Shown: positions 1 to 10,965 of the stretch, piece by piece
How the letters are laid out: every line of letters begins with the position of its first letter
Numbering within the stretch: the stretch's first letter is position 1
Assembly: GCA_037201605.1 (NCBI GenBank)
Contig: JBBCGM010000002.1
Location: forward strand, 208,697-272,696
Direction of reading: 5' to 3'
DNA length: 64,000 nucleotides
Source of the DNA: Candidatus Moraniibacteriota bacterium
GTDB taxonomy: Bacteria > Patescibacteriota > Minisyncoccia > Moranbacterales > UBA1568
Translations under genes and position numbers: made by a program
The notes under the pieces: generated by a model
What the model was told of the DNA's origin: nothing
Databases searched by the model: none
What the model saw: only the letters and a program-made list of their open reading frames with translations

Positions 1-1
1 C

Positions 2-634
2 GAACTGAAATTGGAGTACGAATGGGGTGATGATTCCGAAGATACGCGCACGTACAAGATCTTTATCGATGCCGAGAAGCCGGTTTTCGCCACCGCACCA
101 GCCAGTCTGACCAAGCGTCCCGGGGAGAGCATCTGGTGGAGCGCGACTGACAATGACCGCATCGATTACTACCGCTACGAACTAAACGGCCGTATTTACA
201 AGACCGAGAAGACTGACTTCCTTTTCCCCAAGGATCTCGGCCCCGGCCTCTATGGCCTCGTTATCAAAGCCTATGACCGAGCTGGCAACACAGCTACCCT
301 CCCCTTCTCTATCCGCGTGCCAGGGAGCGGTGGGACAAGTCAGGGCGATTCAAGCACTCCTGCGCCTGTCGCGGAAACGCCAGCCGAAACCACGCCAGAA
401 GCTCCTGTCGCGCCTGCCCCTCTAGTTCCAACCGCACCGACCCCTTCTACTCCTTCGCAAAATACGCCTATCCAGAGCGATGATGAGATCAGTGACACTC
501 CTCTGCAGCAAGAAACAGAAAATGCCGGCTGGCTCTTCTCGCTGCCGATCATGGCTGCCCTCGTAGGCGGGGCGGCCCTCCTCATCGGCGGGTTCTTCTA
601 CTGGCTGCGCTTCCTCCGCAAACGCCCCTTCTAA
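2..634 (+). CDS. Surface protein, 5'-truncated by the window edge (Ig-like domain, Pro/Thr/Ala-rich linker, C-terminal TM anchor)
   Basis: The frame is open from base 2 (ELKLEYEW...) to the stop at 632-634. It has a KAYDRAGNTATLPFSI motif typical of bacterial Ig-like adhesin domains and a PAPVAETPAETTPEAPVAPAP linker. A hydrophobic stretch LFSLPIMAALVGGAALLIGGFFYWL is followed by a basic tail RFLRKRPF. Confidence 0.6.
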   Translation, partial: ELKLEYEWGDDSEDTRTYKIFIDAEKPVFATAPASLTKRPGESIWWSATDNDRIDYYRYELNGRIYKTEKTDFLFPKDLGPGLYGLVIKAYDRAGNTATLPFSIRVPGSGGTSQGDSSTPAPVAETPAETTPEAPVAPAPLVPTAPTPSTPSQNTPIQSDDEISDTPLQQETENAGWLFSLPIMAALVGGAALLIGGFFYWLRFLRKRPF

Positions 635-662
635 AATACTCATTCCGAAAGCGGGCCTCCAA

Positions 663-1771
663 ATGGAAACTTTGGAACTTTCCTCCTTAAACGCGCTCCG
701 CAAATTGCCGCATGTCGGCAATCGGACGCTTGAAACGCTCCTTGAGTACTTCGGGAGCGCCGAAGCGGCCTGGGAAGCAGCTGATGGGGCTTTGAGCAGC
801 ATGCCAAAACTTTCCGAAGCTGCACGCCATGCACTGCTTCGGCGTTTTTCGCTCGTTCATCGCGAAGCCGCTGGGAAGCGCTTCTCGCCGAAGGCATCGA
901 ACTTATTCCAAAGAGCTCACCGCGCTTCCCCAAGCTTCTCTCCGAGATCCCGGACGCACCACCGCTTCTCTATGTACGCGGAAACTTTGATTTCACCAAA
1001 CCGCAAGCAATGCTCGCGGTCGTCGGCGCACGCAAACACTCAGCCTATGGAACACGCGTTACCGAGCGCCTCGTTTTTGATCTTGCCAAGCGCGGCGCTG
1101 TCATCGTTTCGGGACTGGCGTTCGGCATTGACCGGCTAGCGCACGAAGTCACCCTCACTGCCGAGGGCCAGACGCTCTCTGTTCTTCCGGGAGGGCTCGA
1201 TGATGCAGGTATTGCGCCCCGTACCCATCTTGCTCTCGCCCATGCCATTACCGAGCACGGAGCGCTCATAAGCGAATGGGCGCCGGGCACCGAGATTACG
1301 CCCGCTCATTTCCCCGTGCGAAACCGGCTCATCGCAGGCCTCTGTCTGGGAACCCTCATTATCGAAGCGGAAGAGGCGAGCGGCAGCCTGATCACCGCCT
1401 CCCTCGCTACTGACTACAATCGCGACGTCTTTGCTATTCCCGGGCCCATCTTTTCCTCAACGTCGGACGGTCCTAACCGATTGCTTCAGCGCGGCGCAAA
1501 AGCTATTCTCATGGCCGAGGATATTTTCTCCGAATACGCAGCCTTCTTCGAAAAAGTCGCGGGAGAAAAACAAGCAGCTTCAAACGCCGAGGCCTTCCTG
1601 ACAACTGAGGAAGAACGACTCGTAAACTGCCTCGGATCCGAACCAATGCATATCGATACAATCATCAAAATTTCCGGCCTGGAAACGGGCCAGGTGCAGT
1701 CGCTTTTGACCCTCCTCGAACTCAAGGGGGTTGCAAAAAACATTGGAAGTATGCATTATACTCGACAGTAA
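663..1771 (+). CDS. dprA: DNA-processing protein DprA/Smf, frameshifted in this assembly
   Basis: ORF 1010..1771 has the DprA Rossmann core (AVVGARKHSAYG, GLAFGIDRLAHE, FPVRNRLIAGL, EAEEASGSLITA) and a C-terminal winged helix. Its frame stays open upstream (GIELIPKSSPRFPKLLSEIPDAPPLLYVRGNFDF). The DprA N-terminal helical domain (LNALRKLPHVGNRTLETLLEYFGSAE) lies in ORF 663..1139 in another frame. The frames switch around 860-890. The dprA-topA order is a common synteny. Confidence 0.85.
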
Positions 1772-1786
1772 TCCCGCATCCTTTTC

Positions 1787-3969
1787 ATGAAACTTCTCAT
1801 TGTCGAGTCCCCTTCCAAGGCTAAAACCATCGAAAAATATCTGAAGCACGAATACAAAGTCGTTGCTTCCGTTGGACATATCCGCGACTTGCCGAAGTCG
1901 AATAAAAAAGCCATCGACATCGAGGGCGGCTTTGTGCCGCATTACGAGATTTCTGCGGGCAAGGAAGCCATCGTCAAGGAGCTCAAAAAACTGGCTGAAA
2001 AAAGCTCGGAAGTGCTTCTCGCCACCGACCCCGACCGCGAAGGCGAGGCCATTGCCTGGCACGTGGCAGAGACCTGCGGCCTGAAACACCCCCAGCGGGT
2101 ACTCTTCTATGAGATTACGCCCACCGCCGTCCAAGAAGCCCTAAAACACCCGCGGCCTCTTGATCAGAATTTGCGCCGTGCCCAGGAAGCGCGCCGGGTA
2201 CTGGATCGGCTCGTCGGCTACGACCTCTCCGGCCTTATCTGGAAAAAGGTACGCTATGGGCTCTCTGCCGGACGCGTTCAGTCGCCGGCGCTCCACATTC
2301 TCGTCATTCGAGAACAGGAAATCCGAGCCTTCGTACCGGAGGCCTATTTCGTCGTCTCTGCCGATCTGAAACTTCCCTCGGGAGAGACGATCACGTTCCT
2401 CGCAGGCGAAGAACCGCGCGATCGCAAAAAAGTCGAGGAGTGGCTGGCTCTGGGACAGAAGGGCAAGTGGCGTATCAAAGGCATCAAAGAAAGCGAGGTG
2501 GCTCGTCGGCCCAAACCGCCCTTTACTACTTCGACACTCCAACAAGCCGCTAGCTCCCGCCTCGGGTTTTCACCGAGCCGCACCATGCGGATAGCTCAAA
2601 AACTCTACGAGAAGGGCGCTATCACCTATATGCGCACCGACAGCCAAAACCTTTCTAAAGAGGCCCTCGGATCCATTTACCGCACCATTGAAGAGGAATT
2701 TGGCAAGAATGCCGTATCGCCACGCACCTACAAAACCCGCAGCAAGAATGCACAAGAAGCCCACGAGGCTATCCGTCCTACCAACGCCTCGCAAAAAAAT
2801 GCCGGGGTCACCGAGGAAGAAAAGAAGCTCTACACTCTGATCCGCAACCGAACGCTCGCATCCCAGATGACGGAAGCGAAAGTGCTGCGCACCAAAATCA
2901 CAGCCAACATCGACAGTCCCGGGCTGCCCGATTTTGGAGTCAACGGTTCACGTCTGCTGTCTCCCGGCTGGCTAGCCCTGGACGCGCGGGGCCTTGAGGA
3001 AGACACTCTTCTGCCGCAAGTAAGCGAAAACGATCCGCTTTCCCTGGTCCGCATGCAGGTCGAAGACAAGGAAACTCAGCCGCCGAGCCGTTACTCTGAG
3101 GCGGGACTGGTCAAAGAACTCGAGAAGCGCGGTATCGGAAGACCGAGTACGTATGCTTCGATCATCAAGACCATCCTGGACCGCGGCTACACCATAAAGG
3201 AAGGCAAGGCGCTCCAACCGACGGAAACCGGCGAAGTAGTCGATAACTTTCTCTCCAAATACTTCTCGGAGTTCGTTTCAGAGACTTTTACGGCCGGGAT
3301 GGAAGATGAGCTCGATGAGATTGCAGCGGGTACGCGGGACTACGAGAAAACGCTTCGTGATTTCTACGGCCCGTTTACCAAGGAGGTCAAATCAAAAGAA
3401 AAGCTAGAAAAAATGACGAATCTCGGCGACGCTCCCGAAGGTATGCGCTGCCCGGTGTGCGGCGGGCCGATGATTGTAAAGCTCTCCAAGAACGGTACTT
3501 TCCTTTCCTGTGCACGCTTCCCCGAGTGTACTGGCGCACGCACCATGGAAGGCGAAGCGCTCGAAGGCCCCAAGGAAACAGGCGAGCTGTGTCCCGACTG
3601 CAAAGACGGACGCCTCGTCGAACGCGATGGACGCTACGGACGCTTTATTTCGTGCTCCAACTACCCTAAGTGCAAGTACATCAAACGCGATCCGGAAAAC
3701 CAGAAAACCACCGGGTGAAGTGCCCGGTGTGTCAAAAAGGCGAAATGGTCGAGCGACGGGGCCGCTACGGCCTCTTCTACAGCTGTTCCAATTATCCGGA
3801 GTGCAAGAACGCTATTAAGGCCAAACCTACCGGCAATCTCTGTCCTCTGTGCGGTTCGCTTATGATGGAGGGTACCAAGACCATTCCCGAGCGCTGTTCC
3901 AACAAAGCCTGTCCGAACCACCGGCCCGATAAGCTCACGGAAAAACCGAAAACGAAGAAAAAGGCCTGA
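1787..3969 (+). CDS. topA: DNA topoisomerase I, frameshifted at a G-run near the 3' end
   Basis: The 643-aa ORF has Toprim and TopoIA core motifs (LIVESPSKAKTIEKYL, TDPDREGEAIAWH, RVQSPAL, ITYMRTDS) plus CxxC zinc ribbons. ORF 3670..3969 continues with two more ribbons (CPVCQKGEMVERRGRYGLFYSCSNYPEC, CPLCGS). Adding one G to GGG at 3713-3715 reads ...QKTTGVKCPVCQ... through the TGA at 3716-3718. Confidence 0.95.
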
Positions 3970-3978
3970 GACAAAAAA

Positions 3979-4010
3979 CCCCTCTCAAATAAATGAGAGG
4001 GGTTTTATTT
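3979..4010. terminator. Bidirectional rho-independent terminator between topA and the ZIP gene
   Basis: Stem cccctctca (3979-3987) pairs with tgagagggg (3994-4002) around loop aataaa. A T-run follows on the + strand and an A-run precedes it, giving a T-run on the - strand. Confidence 0.75.
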
Positions 4011-4022
4011 TCGAGCCGCCGT

Positions 4023-4771
4023 TTATTCCAGAAAACCGAGGAGGAACATTACCAGAACGCCGGCTACCAACGCCAGAAATTGGGCAAAGGATTCGCCTGC
4101 ATCCCGAGTACGCTGCAATTTCGGAATAAGATCGGACATGGCGATATAGATGAAACCACCGGCCACAATGGGAACAAAAAGGGCCGTTGCTGCTTCCGAA
4201 GACTGGCCAGCAAGAAGAAGATGAGGGCTCCGGCAAAAGCAGAGAGAGCAGTCAGGAAATTCACAAAGAGCGCCCTCTTGCGCGTAAAACCGGAATAGAT
4301 GAGTACCGCAAAATCGCCGATTTCTTGCGGAATTTCGTGCAGGATGACGGCAAACGTCGTGGCAATACCCACGGGCACGCTTGCCATGAACGCCGCCGCG
4401 ATAATGATGCCATCGAGAAGATTGTGGAACACGTCAGAGAGTAAGACGAGCTTGCCGACCGGGTGAATACCGCTCGCATCGGCATCTTCACCGTGGTGGT
4501 GCCAATGCAGGGCTTTCTCCAGAAGGAAGAAAAGGACAATACCCACGATAATGAGGAGACTTATCGTGGTAGGCTCAGTCGCTTCCTCGAAAGCCTCAGG
4601 AATGAGATGGATAAAGGCGTCTCCAAGAAGCGCTCCAGCGGCCAGACTGATGAGAAAGCCGATCCAGCGTTCCAGGTCAGTAACGCGCCAAAAGAAGGTA
4701 AAGATGCCGACGAGCGAAATGAGGCTGACCGCCAAAACGCTTAGAAACGTATAGAGATAGATAGAAGCCAT
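4023..4771 (-). CDS. ZIP-family divalent metal (zinc) transporter, frameshifted near the 3' end
   Basis: It has multiple TM segments and ZIP signature helices (HNLLDGIIIAAAF, HEIPQEIGDFAVL). After ...FFLLASL the listed ORF turns to nonsense. The -1 frame instead gives the canonical ZIP C-terminus ATALFVPIVAGGFIYIAMSDLIPKLQRTRDAGESFAQFLALVAGVLVMFLLGFLE, with a stop at 4025-4023. The switch is at about 4197-4201. Confidence 0.85.
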
Positions 4772-4787
4772 AGAAAGTCAAAAGGAA

Positions 4788-5210
4788 TTAGGTACGACAC
4801 TGGATGCACCAGCCGAAAAACTCAAGCGCGTGACGACTGACCAGAAAGCCCTGGCGGCCAAGCCGACGTTCCTCCCGGCGGATTGCTTGCTCGTCTAAAT
4901 GCACGTCCTCAACCCGCTCGCAGCCCAGACATACAAGGTGATGGTGATGCTCCTGAGCTAGGCGTTCATAGAATACCGCTCGCTCCCCAAGGGATACCGG
5001 CTGGATGACTCCAAGTTTCTGCAGGGTTTCCAACTCACGATACACGGTAGTTTTGTTCGGCTGTACTCCCCTGCGGCCCAGGCGCTCCAAAAGATCACTT
5101 ACCGAAAGCGGCTTGCTGGAGACGGAGAAGAGGCGCACGAGTTCACGGCGCACAGCGGTGAAGCGCAGGCCGGAATCACGGTAGAGGGCATGGAAATGCG
5201 AATCATTCAT
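4788..5210 (-). CDS. Fur-family metalloregulator, probably Zur
   Basis: The 140-aa protein has a winged-helix N-terminus (TTVYRELETLQKLGVI), an HHHH metal site and two CxxC pairs (CLGC, CIQC). It lies 17 bp upstream of the ZIP transporter on the same strand. Confidence 0.85.
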   Translation of the reverse strand: MNDSHFHALYRDSGLRFTAVRRELVRLFSVSSKPLSVSDLLERLGRRGVQPNKTTVYRELETLQKLGVIQPVSLGERAVFYERLAQEHHHHLVCLGCERVEDVHLDEQAIRREERRLGRQGFLVSRHALEFFGWCIQCRT

Positions 5211-5216
5211 AGCCCT

Positions 5217-5246
5217 ATCTTAATGCAACTTAGTTGCATTTGTCAA
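5217..5246 (-). promoter_or_regulatory. Promoter of the zur-ZIP operon with an embedded palindromic operator
   Basis: Read on the minus strand: TTGACA (5246-5241), an 18-nt spacer, TAAGAT (5222-5217), then 6 nt before the ATG (5210-5208). The spacer holds the perfect inverted repeat AATGCAAC-TAA-GTTGCATT (5222-5240). Confidence 0.5.
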
Positions 5247-5277
5247 GAGGAGGAAAACCTTTTAGGAAAGCCCTCAT

Positions 5278-5306
5278 TTGGAGAGCGGGCTCGCCTTGCC
5301 TATAAT
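5278..5306 (+). promoter_or_regulatory. Sigma70-like promoter for rel
   Basis: TTGGAG (5278-5283), a 17-nt spacer, then TATAAT (5301-5306). It lies inside the TTG-initiated ORF of the track, which argues for the ATG at 5332 as the true start. Confidence 0.45.
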
Positions 5307-5331
5307 AGGAGATGCCTCTTCTCCAAACCCT

Positions 5332-6840
5332 ATGTCCGAAGCACCGACCCTCCAAGACATCTTCAAAAGCGCTTCCGCCCCTCTCGGTACCGAGGGACGC
5401 GCTTTCGTGAAGCGCGCGTACGAAATGGCGCTCCGTGCCCACCATGGTCAGAAGCGCAAAAGCGGCGAGCCCTACGTCAACCATGCCCTGCATGCAGCCC
5501 AGATACTGGCCTCCATCGGCATGGACGAAAAAACCATCGCGGCCGGCCTGCTTCACGACGTACCGGAAGATACGGCCGTTACCCTCGAAGAGCTCCGGGA
5601 AGCGTTCGGGGATGAGGTTGCCTATCTGGTAGACGGGGTCACCAAACTCGGCAAGATTAAATTGCGCGGCAGCCAACAGGAATTCTTCCTGGAAAACCTA
5701 CGCAAGATGTTCCTCGCCATGGCCCAGGATATCCGCGTCGTTATCATCAAGCTGGCCGACCGGCTGCACAACATGCGCACTCTGGAGCATCTCGCCCCAG
5801 AAAAACGCGAGCGTATTGCCCGCGAAACAATGGAGATCTACGCCCCGATCGCCAATCGCCTCGGCATCGGCGAGATCAAAGGCGAGCTGGAAGACCTGTG
5901 CTTTGCCTACCTCGACCCGGAAAATTACGAGCAGACCCGGGAACTCGAAGAAACCTACCTCCACGACGGTAAGCGCTACATTGAGCATATCAAGCAGCTT
6001 TTCGCCAAAACCCTGCGCGAAGCCGAAATCTCTTTCCACGAAATCGACGGACGTACGAAACACCTGTATCGACTTTATCAAAAGCTCAAAACGCATGATA
6101 TGGACATCCGTCGTATCTACGACCTGGTCGCTCTTCGCATCATCGTGCCCGAAATCGCCGACTGCTACGAAGCGCTCGGCATCATTCATCGCGAATACCG
6201 TCCGATGGTCGGGCGCATCAAGGACTACATCTCACTCCCAAAACCAAACGGCTATCAGTCGCTTCACACGACTATTTTCGGGCCCGAAGGACGCATTATC
6301 GAGGTGCAGATCCGTACCGAACGCATGCACATCGAAAGCGAGTACGGTATTGCGGCACACTGGATGTATGCCGAAAAGGCGCGTCCGGGCTGGCGCTCTC
6401 TCTTTTCCCGCAAGTTCGGTACAACAAGAGATGATAAGGGTCCGGCGGAACTGGCCTGGGTGGCCCAGCTACGGGAATGGCAGAAAGAGATCGGCCGCGA
6501 CGACCAGGAATTCATCGAGGGGCTGCGCATCGAATTCTTTAAAAATCACATTTTCGCCTTTACGCCGAAAGGCGATATCATCGAACTACCCGAGGAGGCC
6601 ACCCCGATTGATTTCGCGTATGCCATCCATAGCGAGGTCGGCAATCGCGCTACCGGTGCCAAGGCAGACGGCAAGATGGTACCCCTCGATTACCACATCC
6701 AGAACGCCCAAGTGATCGAGATTCTCACCGTCAAGGATAATAAAAAGCCAAGCCGTGATTGGCTCCAATTCGTCAAAACTTCAAGTGCTAAATCGCATAT
6801 CCGACGCGAACTGCGAAACGACGAATTCGGCCAAAAGTAG
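5332..6840 (+). CDS. rel: Bifunctional (p)ppGpp synthetase/hydrolase (RelA/SpoT homologue: HD + synthetase + TGS, no ACT domain)
   Basis: HD hydrolase motif: HGQKRKSGEPYVNHALH...LLHDVPEDT. Synthetase core: YDLVALRIIV...YISLPKPNGYQSLHTTI...EVQIRTERMH. TGS domain: IFAFTPKGDIIELPEEATPIDFAYAIHSEVG. The track ORF starts at a TTG at 5278; the ATG at 5332 (MSEAPTL) is preferred. Confidence 0.9.
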   Translation: MSEAPTLQDIFKSASAPLGTEGRAFVKRAYEMALRAHHGQKRKSGEPYVNHALHAAQILASIGMDEKTIAAGLLHDVPEDTAVTLEELREAFGDEVAYLVDGVTKLGKIKLRGSQQEFFLENLRKMFLAMAQDIRVVIIKLADRLHNMRTLEHLAPEKRERIARETMEIYAPIANRLGIGEIKGELEDLCFAYLDPENYEQTRELEETYLHDGKRYIEHIKQLFAKTLREAEISFHEIDGRTKHLYRLYQKLKTHDMDIRRIYDLVALRIIVPEIADCYEALGIIHREYRPMVGRIKDYISLPKPNGYQSLHTTIFGPEGRIIEVQIRTERMHIESEYGIAAHWMYAEKARPGWRSLFSRKFGTTRDDKGPAELAWVAQLREWQKEIGRDDQEFIEGLRIEFFKNHIFAFTPKGDIIELPEEATPIDFAYAIHSEVGNRATGAKADGKMVPLDYHIQNAQVIEILTVKDNKKPSRDWLQFVKTSSAKSHIRRELRNDEFGQK

Positions 6841-6850
6841 TAAAAAGAAA

Positions 6851-6877
6851 AACGCCCGATAGGTTCGGGCGTTTTTT
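6851..6877. terminator. Bidirectional rho-independent terminator
   Basis: aacgcccga (6851-6859) pairs with tcgggcgtt (6863-6871). It is followed by TTTTTT and preceded by an A-run, and it sits between the convergent rel gene and surface-protein gene A. Confidence 0.75.
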
Positions 6878-6892
6878 GATTTCGCTCATCGC

Positions 6893-9800
6893 CTACTCCG
6901 GCGCCACTTCCCGCCAGTTAAAGTCACAGGAACGGCTGCCGTTACAGTTAAGATCATAGCCGCAGCCGGAAGGCATGGTGTAGGGCTGATCGGAGCAGTA
7001 GTCCCGGTAGCGAGCATCATTTTCACAACTCTGCGGGGTACAGGTGACTGTGATGTCACGGTTCAGGGTCGTACCCGAATAACTGGCCGTGATACGCTCG
7101 GTTCCCACGTTGTCGGCATTGATGCGCCGCGAGGATCCTACAGGCGCGGTACTGACAGCGCTGTTACCGGATTGTTCCCCCCAGCTAGTGCTCGGATTTG
7201 AAGTCACATTGCCGCTCGGATCTCCGCAGGCAGGATTAGGGTTCCAGCACGCAACCGCATTACGCGTCTCTCCGCGTATCATGGTAAAGGAAGGGTCTGG
7301 GAGTACCGCTCCAGAATTACAGGTTGTCCCCTGGCAGAGTTTGAGGGTGTTTTGAAGGGTGACGGAAACAGAAGAGGGAGGTCCTACCTCACCCTGGGAA
7401 TTCACACAGGTCAGGGTGTAAGAAGCTGCAGCTGTAGCAGTAACATTGTCATTGCCTCCCGATACGCTCTTCGCTCCGCCCCAGGGAACACCCGAACCGG
7501 TACAGCTGGCGGCATACTGAACAGGCGCCAGGTAATGTTGAGATTTGAACCGTAGGGAACCGTGAGAGGCCCAGCGGAATTGTTGATGCGGAGCACCGGT
7601 ACAGGAGCCGGCTGATCGTAGGGCGCCGTACAGGCAGCAGGTGCGCCGCCGTTGGTACCAGAGCAAGTCCACGTGTAGGGCTGCCCTGTTTCGCTTGCCG
7701 GAGTCACAGGAGAAGGGGTGCCGTAGCCAGGTCTACACAAACCAATAGTAGGCGGCTGTTGAGTCGGGAAGTTGGCGGCCGCACCGCACTGGCCGGGTAT
7801 GGGCGGCAGGACAGTCACCGAGACCGAGTCTGTACCGCTTACTCCGACGCTGTTAGTACAAGTAAGTGTGTACGTAGTAGTAGCGATAGCTTGGATGTTG
7901 TCACTGCCACCGGCTGGGCTCTTGTTTCCCGGCCAGCTGGCACCTGCTCCGGTGCATGAGACTGCGTTTGCGACAAGGCCCCAGGTGAGGTTGAGGTTTG
8001 TTCCCTGATTGACTGTGAGCGGGCCGTCACTCGCATTTACCTTGAGATCGGGAATGGGGGCACCGACGGTACTGACCGAGACCGAATCCGTACCCGTGCC
8101 TCCAGGGCCCGTGCAAGTAAGGGTGTAAGTGGTAGTCGCAGTTGCCTGGATGTTGTCACTACCGCCAGTAACTGCCTTAGCTCCGGGCCAGCCAGCTCCC
8201 GCACCGGTACACGAAGTAGCGCGGGCGACATTCCCCCACGTGATGTTGAGATTAGAGTTCAAAGCAACCGTAAGCGGTCCATTGGAATTGTTGATGCGCA
8301 GATCGGGAGCAGGTGGAGCAATAGGGTCAGCGATGGTGATGGTATGGGAAGTCCAACTGGAATTGGCTCCCTTGGAATCCTGGGTCAATACTTGAAAGGT
8401 GTAGGAACTTGCGGCAGCAAACAAGCGTCCCAACGACTGGCCCGTGCCAGACCCTACATACCCTGAGGCAGGTGCCCATTGATCAATAGAGCCGTTTCTG
8501 TCCCAATCGAACCCGTAGTGGATGGTATCGGAGTCCGGATCAGTTGCGGTTGCGGTGAAGGAGTAGGTCCCGCCTGTCGTGCCTGCAGTAGGACCAGTGA
8601 TAGCAGGCGGGTTGGGAGCGGTGTTATTGGAAACAGCGGTCAGGTTGAAAGAGATGGTTTGAGCGGGAACGTTCAGTTGGTAGGGAGACCCGATACCGAG
8701 ATTAGAACACTGATTATTTGCTCCATTCATATAGGAACAGGCAGATCCGCTACCGAAAAAGGCGCGTGCACGGAGCGGTGTATTATCTCCCGTACACTCG
8801 AATCTCACAAAGTCTCTACCACCGCGATCATACCTTCCCCTATAGCGATAGTAGAGCTTGCCAGAGGTATTATTAAAACTGACACTCCCCTGGATAGAGC
8901 CGGCAGACGTGACTCGGTACACCCCGCCGCCCTCGTTCACCAAGCCGGGGCCGCTTGCGCTTATACTGTTGGTAGGAGGAGCGATATTGAGAGGAATGTG
9001 CGCATGAAGCTCTGCAGCAGCACCCGCCCGCCAAGGTTCCAACATTGTCTGCTTGATCACACGTAGCCGGTGGAGGACCGGCATTCCAATGTCCATTCGG
9101 AGAATCATTGGAATAGCCTGCCCCAAACCAAGAGATGTCGCTATCGTCATACGCTTTTGCCTGAAAACGAATGCGCGTCCCGACCGGGATCTGTGCCCCA
9201 TCCGAAATCAGGGTATTCGTATCGGCATTGTAGACATTCGCCTCATAGGAAATATCGACATGTACACCTTTCAAAGCATTGGCCCAACCGGCTGTTTGCG
9301 GATATTGCGTCTGATTCGTACGATCGTCGGTGGCAACACCTTCAATATAATTCCACCGATAAATAAAGCTTTCTGATATGTCATTACTCCACACCGCACT
9401 CTTCGCCTCAGCTTTCTCCCCCCCTGCCATGAAGCCGGAAGCAACCGTCAGCATGAAGAGGATGGCTCCAAACCTGCGTATCCCCTTTCTGCCTCGCATC
9501 TTGACGATGGCGATAGCGGCGAGAGCGAGAGCGGTCAGAAGGCCGATGAGAAGGATGGCCGTACCTTTGGGTCCGGCAAGCCACTCTTTGGCGGCACCGC
9601 CCTTAGCCTCGCAGAGGTTGGGATCGATGTCGTTACAGGCATATTTGATACTCACTTCCTCTACCACCTGATTCTCTCTTTCCAAGGTAGCGGTCAGGGT
9701 GAAGTTCGAGAGATAGCTTGCGGGTGTGAAGTCGTCCTTCCAGCCACCCATAGCACCGGTGATATCGCCCTCGTATTTGTAGGTATGCAAGACATTCCCC

Positions 9801-10933
9801 TGCTCATCACGAAGAGCCAGGGTGAGGATGTTGCCTGGTACGACTGGTTCATTGGTGGAATGCGCGCAGGCAAAAAGGCTGTTCTGCTCGCCTGGCTTGA
9901 GCGGGTACTTGAGAATGCTCGGGAAGTTGATGCGCGTTTCCTGGATGCCGTCGCGTACGAAGCGGATGTCGAGGAGAGACTTGGCGCCCTGATCATCTGC
10001 TTCTACCACCAGGTAGGAAACGGCGTCGCTCTTGGACTCGAACTGATAGGCGAGCTCCTTGCTCTCATTGGGAGCAAGTTCGATGAGCTCGTATTCCTGA
10101 TTGCGCTGGTTTTCCGGCCGCAGCGCATCCCAGGCATATTCTTTCCAGGTGAGGCGGATGACTTTTGATTCGCTCGTCGGATTGACGAGCTTCATCTTGG
10201 CAGTGACCGTATCGCTTGCGGCAAAGTGCAGCGGGAAAGCAGCGAAGTGATGGTCTTGGTCGTTTAAGGTGACCGAGGTGCGGTCGAAAGAAGCAGCCAG
10301 AGCAGGAGTGTCACTCGTTACCGAAAATTGGGCCTGGTTCCCTACCACGTCATCGGTAAAGGAAAGACCGAGGAGATTGTAGCGTCCTTCGGTCGCAAAG
10401 AAGGCAGTTGCATAGTACTCGCCACCGAGAGCAAGCTCGGGTACGTGCCAGGTAAAGGTAAAGGGTTTTTCACCCTGGGCTGCGAGGGTAAAGGTATCGG
10501 GGAGGGTGAACTGATCAACCAGGACATTGCCATCGCCTTGGGAGAAACTCGCTTCATCCCGGCGGAAGATCTTGAAGTAGAGGGTGCCGTTAACGAGCGG
10601 GTAGTCGTTTTGGTTTTTCACCTGGCCAGTGAAAGCAATGTCGGCTCCCGGCACAGTTTGGGCAAGGGAGGATTCGAAGTCAGCCTGGACGGAACCGAAG
10701 CGGTAGTAGTCAAAGCAGGCGACATTGCCTGCGGGTTCCCCGCCGGGAGCGGAGGGGATGGGAGGGAGACCCTGATCTGCTTGGGATTGGGTGGGTAAGG
10801 CAGGGGCTGCGATGGTCTCGGGGGTGGTTGCCTGGGCCTCGGGAAGAACCTCCTGAGCTAAAGCGAGTTGCGGCAAGAAAACAAATACAATAAAGAGGAT
10901 TTTTCCGGTCTTGCCGAGATATTTCTTTAGCAT
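6893..10933 (-). CDS. Large surface protein, paralogue A (signal peptide, ~440-aa N-domain, TM hairpin, PKD-like domain, ~80-aa Ig-like repeats, Cys-rich Big_2-like C-terminus); at least 2 frameshifts
   Basis: ORFs 8873..10933, 7411..9201 and 6893..7672 overlap and continue one another. The joins are ...ATCDQADNVGTLAG / AAAELHAHIPLNIAPP near 9030 and ...SNLNITW / APVQYAASCTGSGVPWGG near 7545. The N-terminus MLKKYLGKTGKILFIVFVFLPQLALA is signal-like. A PKD-like segment (YSFTATATDPDSDTIHYGFDWDRNG) is present, along with repeats of the form DL[RK][IV]N..DGPLTV...NL.W....SCTGAG..WPG.K...G.D..QA.ATTTYTLTC. Confidence 0.8.
7762..8062. repeat. ~300-bp repeat (Ig-like repeat plus CGAAANFPT segment) shared with 11826..12126
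   Basis: Shadow ORFs 7772..8008 and 11836..12072 are identical, as are 7839..8036 and 11903..12100 (offset 4064). Confidence 0.85.
9415..10840. repeat. Direct repeat copy 1 (5' module of paralogue A), identical to 13565..14990
   Basis: All ORFs in the track recur with an offset of exactly 4150 bp and identical translations: 9694..9996 = 13844..14146, 9785..10168 = 13935..14318, and 10328..10798 = 14478..14948. Identity ends at 10840/14990 (...cctgggcctc then gggaag versus gactag) and at about 9415/13565. Confidence 0.9.
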
Positions 10934-10965
10934 AGAGATACTTCGAGTATATTACTCAGATTATA

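Noticed and set aside
3670-3969. 99-aa zinc-ribbon ORF as an independent gene
   Set aside because: Its first 16 codons overlap topA out of frame, and it continues the TopA C-terminal zinc-ribbon series exactly after a 1-nt correction. It is treated as the end of topA.
5816-6715. 299-aa ORF in an alternative frame of the + strand
   Set aside because: It lies entirely inside rel, whose frame carries the HD, synthetase and TGS motifs. The alternative frame is Ser/Arg/Thr-rich nonsense.
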